A model generated the notes under the pieces. The model was not told the DNA's origin. It made no database searches and saw only the letters and a list, made by a program, of their open reading frames with translations. 58,144 bases of DNA from positions 1 through 58,144 of the forward strand of contig CAZZJR010000006.1 in the NCBI GenBank assembly GCA_964654585.1. Direction: 5' to 3'. Of the stretch, positions 1-10,116 are shown piece by piece; position 1 is the first letter of the stretch, and each line of letters opens with the position of its first letter. The position numbers and the translations under genes were made by a program. This DNA comes from an uncultured Bdellovibrionales bacterium (lineage in GTDB: Bacteria > Bdellovibrionota_C > UBA2361 > OMII01).

Positions 1-459
1 AGAGTCGACGTTTTGAGTGGATGAATCGGCTTAGCGTTTGGGTTGGGATCATAGAGCGTTGGCACCTTGCGAAAACGGACTGCCGGCCCCACATTGCGGA
101 GGGCATCCGGGCGTTTCTCACGCTTGAACAAAATAAGAGCGTGCGTGTGTCCCTGCCGCCCTAGAGATCCGCATATAAGGCTTACTGCGTAGGCGCCAGG
201 CAGGGTCGAGAAAGGGAAACCACTCAAGTGAGAGAAGACGACTGAGGCGGTCCGATAAGCGGCCGGAACAGGGAAAAGTGCGCGTCTAACTCCGTCTGTC
301 CAGTATACCGGGTCTCCCATTGGCGCTCCAAACGAAAAGAGGAGCGAAATCTAATGCTGAGCCCGGCGGCTGCTTAGGGTATCGGCAACACACGGATTTT
401 TGGCAGCCTGCCGTGCGCCCAAAGGCGCCTAACGGGGAGTCGTTGGGCACCGCCAGTCA

Positions 460-2667
460 TCACTCAGCAGGCAACGCAGCAATTCGGCGAAGGGTGCTGG
501 GCTGCGGGTGCTGCGGAAGGGCCACTACCATACGTGTCCCGCTCGGCTGTCGGTCAAAGACCCGAATCTCGCCCTGATGATCGGCGATAATCGTGCTGAC
601 GATCGCAAGCCCAAGCCCGGTGCCTCCCTTCTTGGTGGTGAAGTACGGCTCAAAGATCCGGTTCTTGTCTGCTGCTGGAACTCCGGGGCCGTTGTCAGCA
701 ACTTCTAGCAACGCCCGCGAGCTCTTGCGGTCAAAGGCTAGCTTTACGTCAACTGCCGCGTTATTTCCGCCTCTGGCTCCAAGCGCGGCCGCCGCCGCGT
801 TGTTAAGGAGATTCCGCACCACTCCGCGGATCTGCTCAGGGTCGATCAACATCTCGGGGATCTTTCCATCGACGACGAGCGTGAAAGTCACCCCCTGGTG
901 TTCAGCCGTGAAGCTCTGCACTGTGTTCCTCAGCAATGCCTCAAGGTCAGTTGGCGTAAACTGCGCTGTCGGCATGCGCCCGTACTCGGAAAACTCGTTT
1001 GCGAGCCGCTTGATAATCTCCACGTGCTCAACGATCGAGCGAGTTGACTCGGCGACAGACTCCGACTGCTCGCTCGACTTTAGCAGTTTCTCCAGGCGTT
1101 GCGCTGAGAGCTGCAGCGGCGTGAGAGGGTTTTTGATCTCATGGGCGATGCGACGCGCCACGTCCCTCCACGCTGCAAGGTGCTGAGAGCGGGAGAGCTC
1201 AGTTACGTCATCAAGCAGAAGAACGTAGCCCAGGTGTGCGCCATCACCTGAAACGATTCGTCCGGCCGTTGCCACCACGATAAGCTCTCTGCCGCCGCTC
1301 TCAATCCGCGTCTCAGCTTCCGCTATCGCCGGGGCGATGCGATTCCCCTCGCCGCCAAGCGCATCGAGAAGCGGCCCAATTTTTCCGAAATCATCAGCGC
1401 GCAGCACCTCCGAGAGGTGCGCTCCCGCCTTAAAGTTGACGTGATCAACCTGCAGCAGCGCCCCGGCAGCGCTATTGACGGTCGTGACGCGCTGCTGATT
1501 GTCGAGCGCGACAACGCCCACTGCCAGGTTTGCCAAGATAGTCTCGATGAGGACCCCTCGCCGCTCCGCCTCATCGCGGGACCGGCGCAAGTCTTGGAGC
1601 ATCTGGCTAAAGGATGTGACGAGGAACCCTATCTCGTCATCGCGCATCGGCGGAAGCTCGAAGTCGTAGTTTCCGCGCGCGACCGCCCGAGTTCCCTCCG
1701 CGAGCTTCTGAATCGGACCGGTAATCTGCTTCGACACAAAGAAGGCGATCCAGATGGCACCGAAGAGAGTCATGAGGTTAAAGAGCGCAAGAGTCAGGAA
1801 GAAGTTTGCGCGAAGAGGATGCTTTCGTGACTTGAGCTGCTCGTACTCGTTGAACGCATCCTGCACCACCCCTTCAGCGTGCACGACCTCTGGGTCCATG
1901 CGGTACGAAGCAACAACTACCCGTGACCGCGTCGGGGCGTAGTAGCGGATAAACTGTCCCGCGCCGCGCTCCTCAATCCGGAGCTGCTCCTCACCAGCCC
2001 CAGCAGCCCGCAGCGCATCGGCATCGAGCGGCGGCTCGCCGAACGACTCGACCATGGCGGTTGGGTGTGAGGCCTCAAGCAGCACCTTGCCGCTCTTGTC
2101 GACGAGCTTCACTGAGTACAGATTGTTGAGCTGCCGGAGGTTCTCAAAGTGGTCCTGCTGCCCTGCGAGCGAGTCCGCCTCAAGAAGACCGCGGTGAGAT
2201 AGGTCAGCTCGGATGCGGCCCGCAGCAGCCTTAACCTCCAGCTTCGCACTCGCCATGTACTGCCTAGCTATTGTGAGGGAGTTCGTGACACTCGACTCTA
2301 TCTGTGGGCTGAACCAGTCTTCCATCGCTTCGCTGATCAGCCCACTGGCGACAAGAAACGAAAGCCCCATTGGAACGAAGGCGATCAGGACGAATGCGCC
2401 CATCAGTCGCGAGCGGAGCTTGGCACCGAGGATACCCCGCTTGCGCTCGAACATGAGCTTCACGACATTGCGCCCGACCATGACGATGAGAACGAGCAAC
2501 GCGAGCACGTTCAGGTTCACCAGGAAGAACACAAGCAAGTTGCTGACGAAAGAATCGTCTTCAGTGCGCCAGTCTAGAATAGCCGAGAACGCAAGGAGAG
2601 CTAGCAGCAACCCGCTGGCGACGAGCACCCAGCGCAACTTCCTGACCATCGAGACGAAGGTTCTCAT
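460..2667 (-). CDS. ntrY: NtrY-type membrane sensor histidine kinase (TM, HAMP, PAS, HisKA, HATPase)
   Basis: Three N-terminal hydrophobic segments, HAMP (ITGPIQKLAEGTRAVARGNY), H-box AWRDVARRIAHEIKNPLTPLQLSAQRL typical of NtrY, DNGPG, FEPYFTTK, GTGLGL. Confidence 0.88.
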   Translation of the reverse strand: MRTFVSMVRKLRWVLVASGLLLALLAFSAILDWRTEDDSFVSNLLVFFLVNLNVLALLVLIVMVGRNVVKLMFERKRGILGAKLRSRLMGAFVLIAFVPMGLSFLVASGLISEAMEDWFSPQIESSVTNSLTIARQYMASAKLEVKAAAGRIRADLSHRGLLEADSLAGQQDHFENLRQLNNLYSVKLVDKSGKVLLEASHPTAMVESFGEPPLDADALRAAGAGEEQLRIEERGAGQFIRYYAPTRSRVVVASYRMDPEVVHAEGVVQDAFNEYEQLKSRKHPLRANFFLTLALFNLMTLFGAIWIAFFVSKQITGPIQKLAEGTRAVARGNYDFELPPMRDDEIGFLVTSFSQMLQDLRRSRDEAERRGVLIETILANLAVGVVALDNQQRVTTVNSAAGALLQVDHVNFKAGAHLSEVLRADDFGKIGPLLDALGGEGNRIAPAIAEAETRIESGGRELIVVATAGRIVSGDGAHLGYVLLLDDVTELSRSQHLAAWRDVARRIAHEIKNPLTPLQLSAQRLEKLLKSSEQSESVAESTRSIVEHVEIIKRLANEFSEYGRMPTAQFTPTDLEALLRNTVQSFTAEHQGVTFTLVVDGKIPEMLIDPEQIRGVVRNLLNNAAAAALGARGGNNAAVDVKLAFDRKSSRALLEVADNGPGVPAADKNRIFEPYFTTKKGGTGLGLAIVSTIIADHQGEIRVFDRQPSGTRMVVALPQHPQPSTLRRIAALPAE

Positions 2668-3260
2668 TCTAGGGTGCCCTGGCTCGCTTGGTCTGCGGGA
2701 AACAGCGGAAAGTCATTCCAGTCGGAGGTGGACTCAACCGTGTTCACAAGCCCGAGCGAAAGAAACATCGAAAGGTGCGCAAAAGTCCTGCTTGAAGCGC
2801 CCTTGCAGCGAAAGATCGTTCTCACGGAGATGTAAGCGCCGGGGTCGCTCATCAGCCTAGGGGCCTCTCGCGCCAAGAACGCGAGCGGCACACTCTCCGA
2901 GTGGAGCACCTGCTCCACGGCATCGTTACGTACTGGAAGCCCGACTGCAGTGGCTTCACTCACATCACCGAAGCGATCCGAAACGACCCGGTAGCTCTCG
3001 GTGATTCCGTCGAACTCCACCGTGTGCAGCTCAGAACGCGCGTACTCGCAGTGATCGAGCCAGGCGCTGCGCTTGCGACAGAGCCGTATCTCAAGCCTGA
3101 TTCGCGCCTGTCGCCCTTCAGCGAGGCACTCGTCGACATCTCCGACAAGGCCTGGCACATGTATGGAGACGCTCTGGTGATCCGGTGTCGCCCACTGCAC
3201 CACCATAAACGGCTGGGCCATGCCGAGGGCCCCCAATACAAACAGCAATACCCCGCGCAC
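2664..3260 (-). CDS. DUF4390-like exported protein
   Basis: Signal-peptide-like N-terminus, VEFDGITESYRV segment, 4-bp overlap with the ntrY start (the usual position of DUF4390). Confidence 0.65.
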   Translation of the reverse strand: MRGVLLFVLGALGMAQPFMVVQWATPDHQSVSIHVPGLVGDVDECLAEGRQARIRLEIRLCRKRSAWLDHCEYARSELHTVEFDGITESYRVVSDRFGDVSEATAVGLPVRNDAVEQVLHSESVPLAFLAREAPRLMSDPGAYISVRTIFRCKGASSRTFAHLSMFLSLGLVNTVESTSDWNDFPLFPADQASQGTLE

Positions 3261-3263
3261 CAG

Positions 3264-4370
3264 TTACTCCTTTGAGAAAAGCGTCGCCTGCGCACTGCGC
3301 CCAGCAAGCGATCTGCCGAGGTGGCGGTACGCGCGCTCAGTGGCCTCTCGCCCTCGCTTCGTGCGGGCGAGGAACCCCTCCTGCAGTAGGTACGGCTCGA
3401 ACACGTCCTCAAGCGTCTCACTGTCCTCACCGAGCGCGGCGCCTATGGTCTCGATGCCGACGGGACCACCACCGAACTTGTCGATGATCATCGATAGGAA
3501 GGCACGGTCCGTGCGGTCGAGCCCGCAATGGTCTATCTCGAGGAGATCGAGCGCCTGCGTAGCGACGTCAGGCGTGATGTCGCTCCCGACACACTCCTCT
3601 GCGTAGTCGCGAACCCGTTTTAGGAGTCGGTTCGCAATTCGCGGTGTGCCTCGCGCTCGCGACGCAATCTCGGTGGCAGCCTGTGGCATGCAGCCGATGT
3701 TGAGAATTCCGGCTGAGCGGTTCACGATCTGGGAGAGTTCCGCAACAGAATAGAAGTCGAGCCTGTGCACTATGCCGAATCGATCCCGAAGCGGCGACGT
3801 GAGCAGCCCCGAACGCGTCGTTGCACCTATCAACGTAAACGGCTTAAGCGGAATCTTGATCGAGCGCGCTGCCGGCCCCTGGCCGATTACGATGTCGAGC
3901 TCGAAATCCTCCATCGCCGGGTAGAGCACCTCCTCTACAACGCGCGACAGCCGATGAATCTCGTCTATGAAGAGCACATCTCGCTCCCCGAGGGATGTTA
4001 GGATCGCCGCGAGGTCTCCCGGACGCTCTATCGCCGGACCTGAGGTTCCCTTGAAGCCAACGCCGATCTCAGCAGATATGATGCGAGCTAATGATGTTTT
4101 GCCGAGCCCCGGAGGCCCGTGTAGCAGCACGTGGTCAAGGGCCTCACCCCGGCGTTTGCTGGCGTTGCAGGCTATCTGCAGGTTGCTGCGAACGTGCTCC
4201 TGCCCCACGTACTCGTCGAAGCGGCTGGGGCGGAGAGATGTAACGAGAAGCTCTTCTTCGTCGGATGCAGCCGGCGACACCGGTCGATCATTCTCTTCCA
4301 GTCCAGCGTCAGGGTGGCCCCAGAACTCAACGTCTTCGGAAGCCGCAGTGCGCTTGTCTGGTGGACTCAT
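3264..4370 (-). CDS. ruvB: Holliday junction branch migration helicase RuvB
   Basis: [56 protein letters not shown]. Confidence 0.98.
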   Translation of the reverse strand: MSPPDKRTAASEDVEFWGHPDAGLEENDRPVSPAASDEEELLVTSLRPSRFDEYVGQEHVRSNLQIACNASKRRGEALDHVLLHGPPGLGKTSLARIISAEIGVGFKGTSGPAIERPGDLAAILTSLGERDVLFIDEIHRLSRVVEEVLYPAMEDFELDIVIGQGPAARSIKIPLKPFTLIGATTRSGLLTSPLRDRFGIVHRLDFYSVAELSQIVNRSAGILNIGCMPQAATEIASRARGTPRIANRLLKRVRDYAEECVGSDITPDVATQALDLLEIDHCGLDRTDRAFLSMIIDKFGGGPVGIETIGAALGEDSETLEDVFEPYLLQEGFLARTKRGREATERAYRHLGRSLAGRSAQATLFSKE

Positions 4371-4515
4371 ACAGTAAGGACTCCCGAGAGCGGTCGCCTG
4401 ATTAGGCGCGACCGGATGCTTCTAACCGCCGCAGATAGTACACCGACGCGCTGTCAGGGAACAGAGTTGTTGCGCGACGGGCCCCTTATTTTACCCTGTA
4501 TTATCAGCTCCTTAC

Positions 4516-5133
4516 CTACACGTGTCGGAGCGCTTCGCGAACCACGTCTCCGACGTCGGCAGCATCCGCGACCCCCTGCATCGCCCGCCCCACAGCAGCC
4601 TCAGCATCTTTTCGTCCGAAGCCCAACACCTCAAGGGCCGAAACGGCGTCGCCAGAGAGCGTCTTCGGCGCAGGCACTAAGCTCGACTCAACCGTGACCA
4701 TCGAGCGCAGCGCCGTTGAGCGCTCACCCGCCATCGTCGCAACTAGGTCCTTTAGCTCGACCACAATCCGCTCGGCTTTCTTCTTGCCGACACCCTTTAT
4801 GGACATCAGCGCCCGCACGTCGCCCGAGCCGATCGCCCGAAGAAGGTCTCGAATAGCAACGTTTGAAAGCACGTCCAAAGCCGAACGCGGCCCCATACCC
4901 GAGACGCGGTTGAGCAGCAGAAACATCTGCCTCTCAGCAGCAGATCCGAAACCGAAAAGCCGGATGGCGTCCTCACGCACGTCGGTATAGATGCTGATGG
5001 TAGCGCGGGCGCCGACGGAAAGCTGAGAAAGAGCAAGGCTTGTGCACGCTACCTCGTACCCTACGCCTCCAACGTCAAGGATGACGCTCTCGCCATCAAT
5101 CTCGGCAACTTCGCCCGAAAGCCTACTAATCAT
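4516..5133 (-). CDS. ruvA: Holliday junction DNA-binding protein RuvA
   Basis: MISRLSG start (ATG 5133), DVGGVGYEV, VREDAIRLFGF, HhH motifs VSGMGPR and IKGVGKKKAERIVVELKD. Confidence 0.97.
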   Translation of the reverse strand: MISRLSGEVAEIDGESVILDVGGVGYEVACTSLALSQLSVGARATISIYTDVREDAIRLFGFGSAAERQMFLLLNRVSGMGPRSALDVLSNVAIRDLLRAIGSGDVRALMSIKGVGKKKAERIVVELKDLVATMAGERSTALRSMVTVESSLVPAPKTLSGDAVSALEVLGFGRKDAEAAVGRAMQGVADAADVGDVVREALRHV

Positions 5134-5304
5134 CGTATCGCTCCCCCGCCATACGGCCACCGCCCGGGCCGTTCGCCATAAAGAAAAAACGCTGAATGCA
5201 CTTTCCTATCACCACAAAAGCGATTTCTCTTGCTACAGTCATAGCCACAGAGGAATCGTCGGACCGCCAGCTCCCCGTCCCAGGTCAGCACCGCAAGCCC
5301 GAGT

Positions 5305-5355
5305 GGCGCCAAAAAAGGCCCAAAAAAAGGCCCAAAAAAAGGCCCAAAAAAAGGC
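5305..5355. repeat. 12-bp tandem repeat GGCCCAAAAAAA, three exact copies plus one variant
   Basis: GGCGCCAAAAAA (5305-5316), then GGCCCAAAAAAA at 5317, 5329 and 5341, then GGC; lies in the ruvA/mrcB divergent intergenic region. Confidence 0.95.
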
Positions 5356-5433
5356 ACTGCGTACCAGGGATGAGTCGGGGACGCGGCCAAATCCGGCTGC
5401 GCAAGCATTTCTCCGCTAAAGGTGTTCTCAACC

Positions 5434-7863
5434 ATGTCCCAGAAGAAGTCAATCAAAACTCGGGGAAGGCGCCCTTCAAAAGCGCGCAAGCCGAAAAGCT
5501 CAAGGTCGGCCGCACCGACCCGCCGGCGTCGGCCGCTGCTGCGCGCGGCCATCGTCTTGCTGCTACTGGCTGTAGCTGGAGCGGGCGGGCTCTTTGTGGC
5601 CGTCGATCGCGGCGTTCAGGCTCGGCTCGCAGCACCGCAAGAATCTGGACTTCCAGTGGTGTACTCGGCGCCCATCGACCTGGCAGGTCTCGTCTCCAGA
5701 ATGGATGATGCAGGACCAGGGCAGCTTACCCGGCTGCGGGCTGTTCTTCAGGACCGACGCTACACTGAAGTATCGGGGAACCCATCGCGACCAGGAGAGT
5801 TCTCAGTGTCGCCGACCTCTCTCTCAATCGTTACTCGTCCGTATCGAAACGCCAGCGGAGCCGAGGTTCAGTCAAAAAAAGCGAATCTTCCCCTCAACGA
5901 GCCGCCCAGAGAGCGGTTGCTGCTAGAGCCGCAGGTTATATCGCACTTCAACGCTCCAGATGTACGGGCCAGCACCTTCACGCCGCTAGCACAGATTCCT
6001 GCCGTGATGCAGCAAGCAGTGATCGCGATCGAAGACGAGCGATTCTACGATCATTTTGGCATCGACCTGATCAGCATCCTCCGCGCGCTCGCCACTAACG
6101 TGATGGCAGGACGCTTGGTGCAGGGGGGAAGCACGCTGACCCAACAGCTCGCAAAAAATCTCTTCCTCTCACCCAAGCGAACGATCTCCCGAAAGCTCAT
6201 GGAGATCCCCACTGCCCTGAGCCTTGAGTACCGCCTCACCAAGGACCAGCTCCTAGAGCTCTACCTTAACGAGGTGTACCTCGGCCAGGAGGGCGCAGTG
6301 GCCATTCACGGCATGCCGGAAGCCGCGAGTGCCTTCTTCGGCAAGCAGATCAGGGACGTCACGCCGGAGGAGGCCGCAGTCCTGGCCGGCATCATCAAGG
6401 CCCCCTCAACCTACAACCCCCGCAAGCACCCGGAACGCGCCAGAGAGCGACGTGACATTGTGCTCACCAAGATGCGAGAGCTCAATTTCTTGAGCGAGGC
6501 GCAGTACGACAAGGCGAAGCGCCAGCCGCTCCGTGTCGTTCAGCAGCAGGAGCACCGCCGCATCGCGCCATTCTACGCTCAGGCACTTGAGTCAGACCTT
6601 AAGGGGGTAATCGACATTGAATCGTTTTCCTCCGGTGGCCTCGCTATCTATACCGGTCTTGACCTCGGCATGCAGCGCTGCGCCGAAGCGGCGCTCAGTG
6701 AAGGGCTCGCTAAGCTAGAGCTCGCTCACCCGAAGATTTCCTCTGGTGGGAAGCGCCCCGAGGCCGCGTTGGTTGCAATAGAGCCATACTCCGGGCTCGT
6801 AAAAGCGTGGGTCGGCGGCCGTGACTTTGGCGCATCGCAGTTTAACCGCGTCAGCCAGGGGATGCGGCAGATTGGGTCGACCATCAAGCCGTTCCTCTAC
6901 CTGACCGCTCTGGACGGCTCTCTCAACTCGTACAAGGTAGCCTCGCCAGTCAGCGTACTTCAGGACCAGCCACACGAGGTGAAGCTCAAGCACCAAGCGG
7001 CTTGGAACCCGGAGAACTATGACCACAAGTTTCGAGGCGACGTGACGTTGCGCTACGCTCTTGAGAATTCGCTCAACATGCCGGCCCTCTACATAGCGGA
7101 GCGAGTTGGGTTGGCAGCGCTGCGGAGAACTGTGTCGGCATTCCGGCTGAGCGACTCGGTGCAGCAGGTGCCATCACTCGCGCTGGGGGCGCTCGACACC
7201 AACCTGCTTCGCCTAACGGCTGCGTACGGCGCCCTGGCAAACTCAGGGATCTACATACAGCCACGGCTATACCTCTCTGTTCTCGACGATCAGGGAGACA
7301 AGCTCGCAACTTCTGAGCTATCCGAGGAGCGAGTTGCCGAAGACGGGGCAACGTACGTGCTTACCAATATCATGCAAGGGGTGCTCGAGCGGGGCACAGG
7401 GAAGGCAGCGCGCGCTGCGGGCTTTGATCGTGACGCTGCCGGGAAGACTGGTACGTCTAACGACGCACGAGACGCCTGGTTTGTTGGCTTCACGCCGAAC
7501 TTGGTCGTTGGCGTGTGGGTCGGAAACGATGACAACTCACCGCTCGGCCTTACGGGTGGCTCGGCCGCCGCACCCATCTGGGGCGAGTTTATGCGCTGCA
7601 GCTCCTCCTACCTACCCAACAGCTCGTTTGTGGCTCCGGCCTCAGTCTCATTCGTTGAGATCGATGCAGTCTCGGGGGGGCGCGCGACGGATGAGTGCCC
7701 AAGCTCTCAGCGGATTACGGAGGTATTCGTGCGCGGCACCGAACCTCGCAACGTCTGCCCGTTGCATCCGGGCGAAGTTGGGGCTGGACCCGCTCCAGGA
7801 CGGTACGACCCGCGCGAAGATGGCCGGGCCCGCGGCTTCTGGGGCTCTCTCTTCGGTCAATAA
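5434..7863 (+). CDS. mrcB: Class A penicillin-binding protein, PBP1B-like (transglycosylase/transpeptidase, UB2H-like region)
   Basis: Basic N-terminus plus TM, EDERFYDHFGID, GGSTLTQQLAKN, SxxK (STIK), SxN (SLN), KTGT; UB2H-like LQDRRYTEVSGNPSRPGEF. Confidence 0.9.
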   Translation: MSQKKSIKTRGRRPSKARKPKSSRSAAPTRRRRPLLRAAIVLLLLAVAGAGGLFVAVDRGVQARLAAPQESGLPVVYSAPIDLAGLVSRMDDAGPGQLTRLRAVLQDRRYTEVSGNPSRPGEFSVSPTSLSIVTRPYRNASGAEVQSKKANLPLNEPPRERLLLEPQVISHFNAPDVRASTFTPLAQIPAVMQQAVIAIEDERFYDHFGIDLISILRALATNVMAGRLVQGGSTLTQQLAKNLFLSPKRTISRKLMEIPTALSLEYRLTKDQLLELYLNEVYLGQEGAVAIHGMPEAASAFFGKQIRDVTPEEAAVLAGIIKAPSTYNPRKHPERARERRDIVLTKMRELNFLSEAQYDKAKRQPLRVVQQQEHRRIAPFYAQALESDLKGVIDIESFSSGGLAIYTGLDLGMQRCAEAALSEGLAKLELAHPKISSGGKRPEAALVAIEPYSGLVKAWVGGRDFGASQFNRVSQGMRQIGSTIKPFLYLTALDGSLNSYKVASPVSVLQDQPHEVKLKHQAAWNPENYDHKFRGDVTLRYALENSLNMPALYIAERVGLAALRRTVSAFRLSDSVQQVPSLALGALDTNLLRLTAAYGALANSGIYIQPRLYLSVLDDQGDKLATSELSEERVAEDGATYVLTNIMQGVLERGTGKAARAAGFDRDAAGKTGTSNDARDAWFVGFTPNLVVGVWVGNDDNSPLGLTGGSAAAPIWGEFMRCSSSYLPNSSFVAPASVSFVEIDAVSGGRATDECPSSQRITEVFVRGTEPRNVCPLHPGEVGAGPAPGRYDPREDGRARGFWGSLFGQ

Positions 7864-7927
7864 GACCCCTCACGAGCGCAATCGACCCTTGCCCCTCTAC
7901 CCCCTATCCAGTAATGATCCGAGGTAT

Positions 7928-9541
7928 ATGCAGTGTATCCTCGGGGTCGATCTAAGCACTCAGCCGTGTGAACTAACGGTGTCTCGCGTTGAGGGCGAGC
8001 AGGTAGAGATCTTGGAACGCACCACGGCGGTCATACCGCTCTTGCTCGACAAGGTGCTGCTAAGCAAAGGCGACATCCGGTCGCTCCTCGCCTCTCGGAA
8101 CGACGACAAGCTTCCCTCTGAAAATAGAGAGGGCACCGACCAAGAGTCGGATGAGGCGGAAACCGCGGCAGTTGACCCTTTGCGTGAGCAGGTTCAAAAC
8201 GCAGTCACTGCCCTTAAGGAGGCGATCGAGTCTCTGCAAACCGAGTGGACGGCCTCCTCGGTGATAATACCCCCGCATGATCACGTCTCTCTCAACTTGA
8301 CGCTGCCGTTTGGCGATCAGCGCAGCCTGAACGCCATCGTGGGTAACCAGATTCAGGATGTGCTCCCGTTTGAGACAGACGAGTTTCTGATTCAGTACTG
8401 CACGGTCGGACTCTTCGAGGCTGGCACAGGAATTACAACTGCCGACCAAGAGGCGTCGGCTCCGCCGTTCGACATCCACGTCGGAGTCATCCCGCGCGGA
8501 TTCGTCCGAAACCTGCTTGAACTATGCAAGGCATCAGGGCTGGAGCCTAACGTACTGACGGTGCCGTCAAGTGCTGTGGCAGCGGTGTACCACCTCGGAA
8601 AGAGCTTCTTTAAGGAGAACTCTGCGATCGTATTTAATCGCGGGGAGGAGTACTCGATGGCCGTCCTCGTAAATGGGGAGGTTCGTGTTGAACGGGCGCT
8701 GCTAGCGTCAAATATCATCCCGGCAAAAGCGGGCGATCGCCGTGAGGAATCGCTGAAGCACATCTTCACAGCTCTCAAGCTCATGATCGCCTCAACGGAG
8801 CGGCGCTACGGCACCCGTATCGAGCACGTGTACCTGCTCGGGCGTGACGTTAAAGGGTCAAACCTGCAGCAACTTTTCGGCCGACCGCTTGAGGGGCTCC
8901 GATTTGAGGACGTGCTTCGAACCAAAGAGCAGCACATTGGCCTCTCTGCCCTCAGCGCGGTCTTTGCCAAAGACGAGAATGCCCCAACCCCCCTCACGAA
9001 CTACCGAACTGGCGAATTCTCATTCACTCCTCGTATCGGGGAGTTTCTCCGAGCGCTTGCGGGGGCCAGAGCTTACTTCATCACGGCGGCCCTGGCCGGA
9101 GTCATCGCAATTGCCGGTGTGTTCGGAATCCGAGAGTTTACCCTCTCTCAATCGCGGAGCGCATTAGAAGAGCAGATTCGTTCGGTTATACCGAACTTCG
9201 AAAGCGCTGACCCGGATGTGCTTACCTCGCTACTCGCCGCGCAGAAAAAGCTCTCCGATGAACTCGGGGTGCTCGGCTCACCCGCAAAGGTTTCAGTTCT
9301 TGAGGCCCTGCTCGAAATTTTCAAGCTTTTCCCGGAAGACGGCGGAACAACCGTCAACTCGATCAAGGTGAGCGACACGAAAGCAATTATCACCGGCACT
9401 ACGTCTTCAATCAGCGCAAGCGAATCGATTGCCAAAGCGCTCAAAGTCAACAAGGACGTATTCTCGAAAGTCGAGCAGCCACGTACCTCGCCGAGCGGCT
9501 CCAAGTTCAACTTTACGATTGAAGCCACACTGGCGCTGTAG
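7928..9541 (+). CDS. gspL: Type II secretion GspL / PilM-PilN-like inner membrane platform protein
   Basis: GAGGT RBS before ATG 7928; ILGVDL actin-like start, LTLPFGD..LPFETDEF, one TM near the C-terminal third, periplasmic ferredoxin-like tail. Confidence 0.7.
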   Translation: MQCILGVDLSTQPCELTVSRVEGEQVEILERTTAVIPLLLDKVLLSKGDIRSLLASRNDDKLPSENREGTDQESDEAETAAVDPLREQVQNAVTALKEAIESLQTEWTASSVIIPPHDHVSLNLTLPFGDQRSLNAIVGNQIQDVLPFETDEFLIQYCTVGLFEAGTGITTADQEASAPPFDIHVGVIPRGFVRNLLELCKASGLEPNVLTVPSSAVAAVYHLGKSFFKENSAIVFNRGEEYSMAVLVNGEVRVERALLASNIIPAKAGDRREESLKHIFTALKLMIASTERRYGTRIEHVYLLGRDVKGSNLQQLFGRPLEGLRFEDVLRTKEQHIGLSALSAVFAKDENAPTPLTNYRTGEFSFTPRIGEFLRALAGARAYFITAALAGVIAIAGVFGIREFTLSQSRSALEEQIRSVIPNFESADPDVLTSLLAAQKKLSDELGVLGSPAKVSVLEALLEIFKLFPEDGGTTVNSIKVSDTKAIITGTTSSISASESIAKALKVNKDVFSKVEQPRTSPSGSKFNFTIEATLAL

Positions 9542-9555
9542 CTGGAGATTAGGGC

Positions 9556-10113
9556 ATGAAAGAAAAGCTTTTCGACCTCTTCCGGCAACGAACCTCTCGC
9601 GAGAAGGTGATGCTCGTTGCAGCTGCGCTCATTCTTGCCTTCATGGTTGTGTACCCTGTTGTGGTCGAGCCGGTACAAGAGGCTTTTGCTCGTCAATCAG
9701 AGGCACTCCAATCTCTGTCGAACGCCTACGCAAAAACACCCATGGTCCTAGAGAGGTACGCCACGCTGCAGTCACGGCGGAACGAACTCGAGAAATTCTA
9801 CAGCGAGATAAACGTATCAGAGGACCCGCTCGCGTACCTTGAAAACCTTCTTCGTGATGTGGCGAAAGCAAAGCCGGGAGAGTACACGGCGAATGCCCGG
9901 CAAGGCTCCAGCCGTGGAGACAAGTACATCACCAAGAGCTTCAATGCTTCCTTCCAGGCATCAAGCATGGAGAATGTCGCTGCGTTCCTTAAGGCGCTCA
10001 CCACCGGCTCTCAGCCCATGTTACTGTCGTCTATTAACCTCGAGCGTCGCGGCGGAGGAGAGACATTGTACGTGCAGTTCGAAGTAAGTGGCTTCGAGGC
10101 AATCAACAAATAA
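9556..10113 (+). CDS. gspM: Type II secretion GspM-like protein
   Basis: TSREKVML followed by TM, coiled coil and a C-terminal PilO/GspM-like domain; directly after gspL. Confidence 0.7.
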   Translation: MKEKLFDLFRQRTSREKVMLVAAALILAFMVVYPVVVEPVQEAFARQSEALQSLSNAYAKTPMVLERYATLQSRRNELEKFYSEINVSEDPLAYLENLLRDVAKAKPGEYTANARQGSSRGDKYITKSFNASFQASSMENVAAFLKALTTGSQPMLLSSINLERRGGGETLYVQFEVSGFEAINK

Positions 10114-10116
10114 ATC

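Noticed and set aside
5130-5708. ORFs crossing the tandem repeat (PFFG, KKRP and KKAQ repeats)
   Set aside because: By-products of the 12-bp repeat, overlapping real genes with no other protein-like features
7334-7927. 198-codon upstream extension of the gspL frame overlapping mrcB
   Set aside because: Composition looks like off-frame GC-rich sequence; RBS and domain start point to ATG 7928
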